DNA of 46,337 nucleotides from Sphaerodactylus townsendi (taxonomy: Eukaryota): contig NC_059441.1 of the NCBI RefSeq assembly GCF_021028975.2, positions 6,217,664 to 6,264,000 of the forward strand, given 5' to 3'. Both the position numbers and the translations under genes were made by a program. Under the pieces are notes generated by a model. It worked only from the letters and a program-made list of their open reading frames with translations. It was not told where the DNA came from and made no database searches. Position 1 is the first letter of the stretch. The number at the start of each line of letters is the position of its first letter. Shown in pieces: positions 24,334-42,159 of this stretch.

Positions 24334-24479
24334 TGGTGGTGGCGAACCTTTGGCACTCCAGATGTTATGGACTACAATTCCCATCAGCCCCTGCCAGCAT
24401 GGCCAATTGGTCATGCTGGCAGGGGCTGATGGGAATTGTAGTCCATAACATCTGGAGTGCCAAAGGTTCGCCACCATGG
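24334..24479. mobile_element. Complete palindromic hAT MITE
   Basis: Near-identical to 14330-14475; flanked by gcctag on both sides. Confidence 0.92.
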
Positions 24480-26343
24480 GCCTAGGAGACTTCAGTTTCC
24501 CTGACTTGGGTGTCCACAGTCACAAAAGTTCCTGACCTGCGTGGCTGACAGCTTCGTTCACCAAATGGTGGAGGAAGCCACGAGAGGCTCAGCCCTACTT
24601 GGCTCACTATTGACCAGCAGGCAAGAGACTGTCGATGGGGTGAAGGAAGGTGTGGGGGGGGGACCTTAGGGGGAAGTGACCAAGTCCTCCTAGAAATCCT
24701 TTTACGGTGGGGCCCAAGGACATTTGAAGTCACGCTTGTCTGTTAGATTTTAGTCGGGCAGACTGTAATGAACCCCGAGGCACAATGCGAGTCATTGCGT
24801 GGGCAAGACTGCTGGAAGGGGGAGGGGGGCCTCTCCTAAAACAAGAGCTCTCCCAAGCTCAAGGCATCGCTCTTCCAACAAGACAGGGACATGGCATACT
24901 CTGTCTTAGAAAAAGATGTTAGTAGGATCAGCTGAGGTGCAGCAGTTGAGAAAATTGTATGCTACTCCATTCAAATATTGTCCCAAACAAAGATGAGAAT
25001 TGTCATACATTTTTACACACTTGCTTTGTCAAAACCAATATTTTGTGCATTGTTGGTACTTTGATACAAGAGCATTTATAAACTGAATGCCAAAATGTAT
25101 TTTCTAGTTTCAAACGGACAGGGGAAGTAGGCCTAGGTAGGCACTGGGACCCAGCTGGAGCAGTCCACAACAAGGGGTCTGAATGCCGTTTCCCTGACCA
25201 AACACTACCCTGCTTCTGCTGCTCATTAAGGACTTTCTAGCAAGGGGGAGGTGTTCACAAGCTGGATCTGAGGGAAGCCTATTACGGGGGTCTGGATCCA
25301 GGATGGGGATGAGTGTGTGGATGGGGTATTGGTTTAACACAAGAGACTCCGTAGGAGCATATACAGTTAATAGGGTCAGTATTTACCAAATGGCGGAACA
25401 GTGCTCTGCGTGTTTGTGATGAGGGATTCCATGTATATCTCCACCAAGAATCTACGTTGTGCTTAACCCAGTCACAAGTTGGGTCATGGGTATTTGGGAC
25501 CTTTTAAAATTGTACGTGTCACCAATCTGTGGGCAGCTCAGGGATCATGGCGCAGTGGCTTGAGGTGTGTGTTCACTTAGAAAAGAATCCTACTCACAGT
25601 CTTTTACTATGCATTTTATTCATTGTATAGTCCACCTTTCTCAGTGAGACTCAAAAGAGATTTCACAGCGTAAATCAATCACTCAATCAGATGAGATATC
25701 TAATAAACAATGTGATAACACTAGGATCATAGCGATTTGAAACAGCAAAAATTATACAATATTTCAAATGCAAAAAATGCTATTACAAAGGTAGATACAG
25801 TAAGATAAAACATAACAGATAATGCATAACATACAGTGATATAATCCACAATTCTGTTGCTTTTATCAAAGCGCCTTCCTGAATCATTCCATGATCATGC
25901 AGCTCGACTGTCTTCATAAAATGCCCTCTTGGGCCACTCTGTTTTACAGAGTGAGCAGAATGACACAAGTGAGGAGCCCTTCGGACATGCTCAGAATGGT
26001 CACAGAAATTGCGTGCTCCCCCTGCCTGTGAGATGATGACCCTCACTTGTTTGCTGGGGGTGGAGAGAGACCTCAGCTTAACCCATCAGCGTCAGGAGAA
26101 AAAGCCCCCCCCCCCCAGCACAGAAGAAAACAGCTGCTGGGCTTGCCGCTCATTCTCAGGGGTCAAAAGGGCAACGGGGGGACCGCACGGGCTGCCACTT
26201 GAACGATGAGGGCTGCAAAGGGACACGCCCAATGCCTTTGCTCAGTGGTGGCCACAGGCACTCCGGACCGTCCAGGGGTGCTTTGCCGCTGCGTGTATCT
26301 GCAGGCATGACGAGCAGAGGCCGCCTTTGGAGTCCTCTTCCTT

Positions 26344-28971
26344 TCAGGGGAAACTCAGATGAGGAGCAACAGACAGGCTCAGCTGTGGCTGCCTCAAAGC
26401 AGAGAGGCCAGAAACTGCTGCCGCCTTCCCAGCAGCTGCGCAGGCAACTCCCTCATCTGGAACACAAGCGGCGGCCACAGGATTTTGGGGCGACAGGGAA
26501 GTGCGCGCCTGGTCTGGGCCTGCTGGCGAGTGGCTGAGGGGTCCTCCTGGCACGTCCCCTCCGGGCTCTGGCTGGCCTCTCTGCCGCCTGGCCATCCGGG
26601 AGAGCTCTGCATGAATGGCCTAAGAGAGAGGATGGGGCCCTGCTGGTCAAGTCCTTCTCCAGGCCCTTCCCCCGACCTCTTGACAGCTCTATCCATGGGG
26701 GGGGGGGTTGATTCCCCTGGCTGTTCCCCTTTTCTCTTGGAGGGGGCCAGGTCGATTTGCCTGAGCCCGGCTGGCTGACTGGCCCAGGTGAGCAACTAGG
26801 GTTGGGTGAGGCTGCAATGCTGGTTCCGCCCTGGCCCTGTCCAAGGGCCGTGCTGCTCACCTTTGCGGTGGGTTCCAGCTGGAGGGCTCTCTTCAGCAGC
26901 TTGGCCGCGGCCTGGTCCTGGCCCAGCTCGGCCAGTAGCTGAAGGAGGGAAGGAGGGAGCGCGTGAGTGGGGGGTTGGCGGGCGGTCCGGCTCTTTTCAC
27001 GATGGACCCTCCAACCTCCCTCCCTCCCGCTCGCTGCCCTAGTCACAGAGCAGGAGGAGGAGGAGGCGGCAGCACTGGTGTATCAATAGAAAATTGAGTC
27101 CGGGGCAAGAACCACCCCCCACAATGGGCGGCCACCCTGCCCCGCCCCCTCACATCCCCCTCTTTCATCCTCCCAGCCCTCCTCTGCATGCACGCCCCCC
27201 CTCCAGCCAACTAGTGCCCTGCCCCCTTCTTATTCTACGGGCCCAGCCCATCTCCATGCCGGCCCGCTTCTGCCCAGCCCCCACCCCTGGCTTCCTCCTC
27301 AGGCCTGCTGGCTTGCCCAGGGCCACGGGGCTCTTGCAGTTCACGCCTGAGCCGCCCATTGAGGGACCGCTCAGTGCCGAGCAATGTGCCATGGCCGCGT
27401 GCCCCCTGCCCTTGCGCACTACCTCCACTCATGGATAGCCCTCTGGCTGGGGGGAGGTTGCTGGGGAGCTGGGGAGGGGCAGCTGGGCGAGTCTGAGGTG
27501 GGGGTCAACCCCAGACTCCAATACGGCGGAGGGGTGGGGGGTGATTGCCCACCCCCCACATGACTAAACGGCTGCTGCCCAGGGACGTTTGGCCCCATAT
27601 GTCCCCCTGGGCAGTACGCCCCTGGGAGGAGGCGCGCCTACCTTGCCTTTCCAGTAGAGGGCCTGGGCGTCATCGGGTTCTAGGCGCTCCGCCTCATGGC
27701 AGAAGTCCAGCGCTGCCTCCCGCCGGCCCAGCTTCAGCTGTGCGGCGGCGCAGCTGGTGAGGCACTTGAGCCGCAGCTGCCGCAGCTCGACCTCCTGCTC
27801 CTCAACCTCCTGGTCCTGGGGGCCGTCTGTGGGGAAGAAGCTGACCGCTCAGTGCCCCCCGCCCCACCCGGCCTTGGGCGCCTGCTTCCCGGCCCTCACC
27901 CTGTGTCCAAGGTCTCTTACCGGCGGCAGCAGGCGAGGAGGGCAGGAGGCGCAGTGCCCGCTGGTAGGAGCGCAGGGCCAGCTGGTAATCCTGGCGCTCG
28001 AAGTGGAAGCGGCCCTGCTCTCGTGCCCGGTCGGCCAGGCCCAGACGTTGCGGGGCCGCCAGGAGCGCCAGATCAGGACTCTCCCGCACCTGCAGCAGCG
28101 TCACCTGGTAGAGCAGCGGGGCTTCCGCAGGTATGTCGGGCTGTCTGCGGGGTTGCGGAGAAGAAAGGCTGCCTGGGTGGCCCCCTCGGTGGCCGGTGAG
28201 CCAGGCCTCATCGCCCGCCCGGGTTCCAACTTTGGCCCTCAGAGCAGCAACGCTTGGCCGGACCTACCTGCCCAGGCGGCCGTAGGCATAGGCTGGCCTG
28301 GTGAGGATCAGGGCCACTTCTCCCGGCCGCATGGACAGAACTGCCAGATCCAAGGCCTAGGAGGGGCAGAAACAGGCCGGGCCCATCAATGCCCAAGTGG
28401 GCGCCACCAGCGCAGGGGGAGGGCGAGCCCCGGCAGCCACGAGGGGAGCCTCTGGCTGCAGCTGGGGGGGGGGGATGTGGCAAAGAGCCACCGGGGCCCT
28501 CCTTGGCACCGCCGCCAACGCAGCCAGCCAGCTGAGGGGCCCGGCTCAGCAGAGGACCCCCCCCCCATTCTAAAGGCCAAGGCAAGATCCAGACCCACCC
28601 CCACCGCCGCCAAACACATCTGACCTGAACGGCCTCCCCCTGGCCCAGAACGAAGGTCAGCCGGGGGTCCTTCTCCACCAGGCTCTGGTCCTGCAGGGCT
28701 CCCAGGAGCTTGACCGTGACCTCCTGGCCCGGCTGTGGCCCACGGGCCTGGCCCTGGCCGCCTCTGACCCGCAGCTTCCTCACACTCTTCTCTTCTGAAG
28801 GGCCAAGGAAGAGGGGGGGCTGCTCTCCTGCTGATCCCCCCTCCCCCCACGGTCTGGCCCTCTTTCCAGAGAGGACCGGCCAGGCTGAGACAAGGGTCCG
28901 CTGGGTTGGGCAGGTGCGTTTGAGCTTGTGCCCGTCCTGGCCACAGGGAGCTGTTTTGTGCAACCAACCAG

Positions 28972-29003
<32 letters not shown>

Positions 29004-30164
29004 TTGCGCGGGGGGGGAGCTTTCCCAGGAGAGGGGGCCTCCCATACTTCCCTCCTCTGAGCCAGAATGAAAACCTCCACTTTCCGTGAGCCCTTTTCTC
29101 ACCTTTTCTTCCAAATCCAAATCCAAAAACCTTTATTAGGCATAAAACCAGTGCCAAGAATTTCAAATACAATTTCTTCCCCCACCAGAGTGGCAGAGCA
29201 GGAGCAGCAGAGGGGTCATGCGGCTCTTCCCCAGGGATGCCCCCCTGCCCCCTCGCCGGCTGGCTGGGACCCCACCCAAAATAGCCCTGGAAGCGAGGCC
29301 CTTTTCTCAGGGAGAGTTTCCCACCAGCCTCTTTCCTCCCCGAGCACTTCTCCGTCATCCCCCACCCACCCACCCGTCTGTCCCCTGGCTCAACGTCCTG
29401 GGGGCACCGGATCCTTCACCAACAGCAGCTGCTTCTGACACCAGCCAGCCCAGCTGCTGCCCTGTGGCTGAGGGCAACCCCCACCGGTGACCCTCCGCGG
29501 CCAAGGGGCTCAGAGCAGCCGGGGGGGAGTCGAGCGATGCCCAGAAGGGGGTGGGGAAGCTACTGATAGGTGCAAAGGCTGCCGAAGCAACACTCCACAC
29601 GGAAAAGCTGTGTTGGGAAAGACTGACGCGCACCCCCCCCCACCACGCACACACGGGTGCCACAGATTTGCCTGGGCTACATCCAGGCCAGATACAAGCC
29701 GTCCAGCTGCTATCTCTCCGACTCATTGCTGGGCTTGCTAGAGGACGCCAGGCTGCCCAGATGATCGAGCAGCAGCCAGCCAGCCTAGCATCAGTGGGGC
29801 ACTGGGCCTGCCTCCCACCCCCCCCCCACCCCCGCTGCTGAGAAGCGTCCAGCCACACTGTCTGGCTTTCTGACACTCTCCCCCTCCCCAACAACTCACC
29901 GAGCAAGTCCTCCCAGCCGTCAGCAGCAAAGAGCCCCTCAAAGTTGCCTTCCAAAGTTGCCCCCAGCAAGTGCTCCACAGACTGGTGGAAGGCCTTCTCT
30001 TCTTGCTGGGGTGGGGGCTCTTGAATAGTCACAGGCGGCAGCAGGAACTGGACTCTGCGCCTCAGGCGTGGGCCACGGCATCCCTCCTCCTCCTCCTCAG
30101 CTACCTCTGGCAACTGGGGCCCAAGGCTGGCCCTTGTCATTTCTCCTTCCTGAACCCAGGACAT
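26344..30164 (-). CDS. FKBP8/FKBP38-like immunophilin paralogue (FKBP domain + 3 TPR), about 428 aa from the ATG at 30164; true N-terminus uncertain; possibly the orthologue of fish fkbp16
   Basis: Minus-strand exons 30164-29900, 28794-28625, 28356-28268, 28144-27921, 27826-27642, 26938-26861, 26619-26344; GT-AG, phases consistent, no internal stops. Sequence GWEDLL..VRKLRVRGG..PQPGQEVTVKL..LTFVLGQGEAVQALDLAVLSMRPGEVA..YAYGRLGRQPDIPAEAPLLYQVTL..PDL..KCLTSCAAAQLKL..ALYWKGKLLAELG..ALQLEPTAKAIHAELSRM aligns collinearly with recalled FKBP8 (EWLDILG..DVIQALDLSV..PYIPPHAAL..KCLNNLAASQLKL..ALKLEPSNKTIHAELSKL). Confidence 0.88.
28973..29001. repeat. (TG)n microsatellite
   Basis: Read directly from the sequence. 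Confidence 0.95.
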
Positions 30165-30413
30165 CAACCGCCAGTGAGCATCGGAACCCCGCTCTGCTGC
30201 GGAGAGCAGCTAGGTGGGCAGGCGGACAGGCACCGTCAGCTGTGAGGGCACTAATTCCCTGATTGCATCTAGGGTGTGATTAGGGTAAGCCCTGCAGCTT
30301 GCTTCCCTGTACACGTGCAGAAGGCTGCAGCCGGCTCCCGCCAGTCCTGTCAATCATGCAAATACCGTGCCTCTGATTCTCTGTTCAGAATAAAAGAAAA
30401 ATTACCATTTGAT

Positions 30414-30590
30414 GAAGAAGAGTTTGGATTCATCCCATAAGGAGGCTCAAGGTGGCTGACAAGCTCCTTTCCCTTCCTCTCCCCACAACAGACACCTTGC
30501 GAGGCAGGTGAGGCTGAGAGTTCCGAAGAACTGTGACTAGCCCAAGGCCACCCAGCAGGAACGTAGGAGTGCGGAAACACATCTGGTCCA
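30414..30590 (-). mobile_element. tRNA-derived SINE, 3' part
   Basis: gaagaagagtttggatt tail and cacaacagacaccttgcgaggcagg core match the reverse complement of 41004-41303. Confidence 0.8.
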
Positions 30591-30997
30591 CGAAGACATT
30601 CCTGACACTTTGCCTGGAAATCTGAAAGAATGCTGATCAAAGATTTCTTGCACACAGGGAGGACTGTGCTCTGGTTCACCTGCCCACACACACACACTCT
30701 TAAAGGCACAGGCAGGGGCATTGGCACGCTTTCCCCTTCTGCCAGCCATCACTTGCCCATGCCTTTGTATTTACACTTTTATAGTGAGATCGCTGCTGTC
30801 AATAGAGTACAGCATGGGGGGGGGGGGGCGGTGTGTGTGTGTGGAAGGGAGGTACTTGTTGGTCTTTTCATTGATATGTGTAAGTCCAGGTGGGCCAGAG
30901 GCCCGCCCTCCCTCAGAGCAGGAGGAGCCTTCAGGGCAAGCAAGGTCTGGAGGTCCATCCTCACTCTGTGGTGGGGTGGGGATGGGCTGCGAAGTGG

Positions 30998-31103
30998 CTC
31001 ACAGGGTGTTTGTTGTGAGGGGGGAAGGGCAAGGAGATTGTAAGCCCCTTTGAGTCTCCTGCAGGAGAGAAAGGGGGAATATAAATCCAAACTCTTCTTC
31101 TTC
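30998..31103 (+). mobile_element. 5'-truncated SINE/LINE tail with (TTC)n end
   Basis: Nearly identical to 41197-41303. Confidence 0.85.
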
Positions 31104-32079
31104 CTCTTCCATCTTCTCTTCTGAACTGTCGCCTTTTTCTTCTTCCTCGTCCAAGTTTTGTTTCTCTCCAAGCAGCTTCCCTCCTTCCAAGGATATCCGC
31201 CGGGTGGGCTCTGAACCCCACTGGCCTTCTGGGGGCTGTGGCACAAGCCGCATAGGGCATGATGTCCAGAGGCATCTGCCGTGAAGGGCGCTGCGCCCTT
31301 TGCACTCTGCTCATGCCCACCAGAACTAGGCAACTGTCAGGTGAAGCTAGCCGAGTAAGACCAGGCAGTAGAGGCTCTTGTTATTAGAACTGCGACATCA
31401 GGGACTCCTGAGGACCCCGGCTGAGGCTTCGTGGGCTTCTTGGGGCAGTGAAGTCCGGCTTCCTGTCCAGGGTGTCCTCGATAGCGCCCGTGACATCTGC
31501 AGGTAGCAAGTCAGCAAGCCTGCTGTGGGAGCATCTTCGGTTCAAAAGCTGGGCTTTCCAGGTGGTCTAATTCCTTGGCTGCATCGGGAAATTGCCCATT
31601 GGACACAGGTTGGGTGAGCTGTTCAGTGTTCCAGAAGGGGCCCTGACTTCTCTGCTGAAGTGGTGCCGGGGGGCGGGGGGGAATCCCTGGAGCTCTCCAG
31701 AGGTTCACCCTTGTTCTCCTCGGGCAACTTGAGGGCAGTTATAACTTTTGCTAATAGGGATTGGAAATCCTCCCCATCGAAAAGTCTCCCTTCGGCAGAG
31801 AGTCCTCACTAAGCCCCTCTCCCTGTCTGAGGAAGGAAACTAGACTGGCTAACAACAGACCAACAGGGGGTTAAATAGCAGCAGCCGACTTCCTGAGCCA
31901 CCAAGATGCCCTCCCGCCCTTCAGAGGAAGAACAGGAAACTGCTGTTTTTTTGTATTGTCCTTTTCTTTTCCATCTTTTATCCTTTTTCTTTCATCCCTC
32001 CTGAACCACCTTCTCCTTAAGTCTTTCCGCCCCAGCATACTGTGTCCAGACTTCTGTTATAACAGACTTCCCTCTGTGA

Positions 32080-32172
32080 TACACCTCTGAAGATACCAGC
32101 CACGGATGCAGGCGAAACATTAGGAACAAGATCTACCAGACCACGGCCACACAGCCCGGAAAACCCACCAAA
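32080..32172. mobile_element. Penelope-like element terminal fragment
   Basis: cctctgaagataccagccacggatgcaggcgaaacattagg..ccagaccacggccacacagcccggaaaacccac; related to the copies at 6252 and 8652. Confidence 0.6.
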
Positions 32173-32594
32173 ACCCGTTCTGCGCTCAGATTCACGTATT
32201 TCCTCACACGTGTCCCCCTTCTTGACATGCAATGTGGCTCCCTCTCCCGCTCTGTCTATGCCTTCAGCGTGCTGCTCTCGTTACGGGGGTTTCAGCGGCA
32301 CCATAAAGCAAAGCCATTCTTGGGACGGGGGGTGTTTTATTGTTTCACTCCTCCAAATGTACAAAACATTAGAAAACAAGCCCCCGCCCCCACCCCCCCA
32401 AACATCAACCAGTCCAGGGCATCCGTGGCCAGTGCAGCTAAGAGAAGAGGGAGCAGAAAATTAAATAGAATGGCAGCAGTTGGGTCCCTTCTGATCCACG
32501 TGGCTTCTTCACCTTCCAAGAGCTTCTGCTGCACGATCGGTCTGCCCATGTGGGCCAGCGGCTTCCTCCGCAGGCAAGTGGGTGCCCAGACCTC

Positions 32595-40321
<7,727 letters not shown>

Positions 40322-40486
40322 CGGGCCCCGGGCGGGCAAGGCAAGGCAGGGCGGGCGGGCGGGCGGAGGGGTCGCGGCGGCGGCGGAGCGGGAGCCGGAG
40401 GGCGTCTGCGGGTCTCGCTCTCCCTCACGCTCGCCTCAGCGGGAAGCTAAAGGGGAGACGGAAGTCCCGCCCCTCTGCTCGAACAG

Positions 40487-40505
40487 TGTGGCAGGCGCTC
40501 ATTGG
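40487..40505 (-). promoter_or_regulatory. ER stress response element (ERSE-like, CCAAT-N9-CCACA)
   Basis: Minus strand reads CCAAT gagcgcctg CCACA, with exact 9-nt spacing, about 170 bp upstream of the PDIA3 ATG; matches the NF-Y/ATF6 ERSE consensus CCAAT-N9-CCAC(G/A). Confidence 0.65.
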
Positions 40506-41003
40506 TCCGCGCCTGCTGACGAGGCCCAATGGGGAAGGATCAAAGAGGCGGGACCTTGCGTCGGGCGCCCCGCCTCCGCGTCGCTATGACGACCGCGCGG
40601 CTTCACCTGCGCGGCGCTGCGGTCCGGCGGCACCCCTCGGCTCTCCCAGGACGCATGCGCAGGAAAGGGGCGGGGCCCTTGTCTCGAGTGGGGGCTTCGC
40701 GGCGGTTCCTGTGGCGCAAAGTGCGGAATCCCACGAGGAACCCCCCGGGGTGGGGTGGGGTGGGGTGGGGAGGGAGGGAGGGAGGGTGTCCCGAGTCGGA
40801 ACTCACATCTGGGGCCGGGAGCTGCGATTCTCCCTTATTGGACCCGAAGAGGGCGCGGGGCTGGAATTCCCCCCCCCCCTCCGCCACGGGCCACCCTCTT
40901 AAACTCGCACAAAATGCAGCCCTTGATGGCTCTCAAGTGAGACACAACAGCGTTGACATGAAGTACTGGAGCTCTTCTCCAGCTATAGGTGCAACAGGCC
41001 AGA

Positions 41004-41303
41004 GGAGCAGCAGTGGCGTAGGAGGTTAAGAGCTCGTGTCTCTAATCTGGAGGAACCGGGCTTGATTCCCGGCTCTGCCGCCTGAGCTGTGGAGGCTTGT
41101 CTGGGGAATTCAGATTAGCCTGGGCACTCCCACACACGCCAGCTGGGTGCCCTGGGGCTAGTCACAGCTTCTCGGAGCTCTCTCAGCCCCACCTACCTCA
41201 CAGGGTGTTTGTTGTGAGGGGAGAAGGGCAAGGAGATTGTCAGCCCCTTTGAGTCTCCTGCAGGAGAGAAAGGGGGGATATAAATCCAAACTCTTCTTCT
41301 TCT
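41004..41303 (+). mobile_element. Full-length tRNA-derived SINE (about 300 bp)
   Basis: Pol III A-box-like tggcgtaggagg, B-box-like ggcttgattccc, MIR/CORE-like cctacctcacagggtgtttgttgtgag segment, (TTC)n tail; several related copies in the window. Confidence 0.85.
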
Positions 41304-41910
41304 TAAAAGCTGGCCAGAGACATGAATGCCTTTGCGCACTCGCACAAGACAGGCGGTGGACACGTCGCTCAGTGTTTGCTGCCTGGGAGGTGGAGAAACC
41401 AGATGAAGGCAGAAAACGCCTCTTGTGGCAACGAACACATATTGGTGCTGTCATGGGAAGGCTGGCGGGCTAAACTTTGGAATACTGAAAAGAGTGAACA
41501 AACCCACAGTGTCGTCACACTTGATATGCTTGAAAATATTGTATAAAGCTCAGAAAGTAATCATCTAATGCTGTAAAGTGTCATCTTCCCAAAATTTCTT
41601 TTTTTTACATTCTCGAACAGACTCCCCCAGTCTTTGTTTCTTTACCCCCAACTTTACCAGCAGCCTCGGTGCTTAGGAGAGGAGAAGTGATGAGCAGCGC
41701 TCTGTAGCAGCAGCAGCCGCCATGTGTTTCGTCTCAGCAGACGGCGCGGCACCGTCTGCTCCTGGGCCAGCAACGCTCCCTTTCCCGTTTCCTGGAGACC
41801 TGGCTTAACACTGACTTCCTGGCCTTGGGCTGACAGAAGGAGAACATTGGCCCGACCTGTGGCAGCAGCCAGAGCACCTGTGCTGAAGACATGTCGCCGA
41901 CACCTCCCGT

Positions 41911-41924
41911 CCAGCAGGGGGCGC
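41911..41924 (+). promoter_or_regulatory. Candidate CTCF binding site
   Basis: CCAGCAGGGGGCGC matches the CTCF core consensus, in apparently unique intergenic sequence. Motif evidence only. Confidence 0.45.
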
Positions 41925-42159
41925 TGCAGCTCCACCTGGCACCGAGACCTGCCTGAAGCTTTCTCGCCCTTCTCCAGCTACCCAGCAAGGCTGCAAACTT
42001 GGCACTTTCCGCAGGGGCTGGGAGGAGCAACCACGTCATTCAGCTTTGCCCCTTGCTGAAAGTGCAGAACTACACCTGAAGTGCTGATATTAAGCAGGGA
42101 AGATATCTGAGCAGATTTTAAAGAGGTCAGCCTGCCAGCATCTGAAGGACAACTTGGTG

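Noticed and set aside
26344-30164. Calling the immunophilin FKBPL or FKBP8 itself
   Set aside because: Motifs (QALDL, PDL, KCL..AA.QLKL, IHAELS) follow FKBP8 rather than FKBPL, but it is too divergent and in the wrong neighbourhood to be the FKBP8 orthologue; no symbol assigned.
41004-41080. tRNA gene
   Set aside because: A/B-box-like motifs belong to a SINE head followed by SINE body and tail; no cloverleaf evident.
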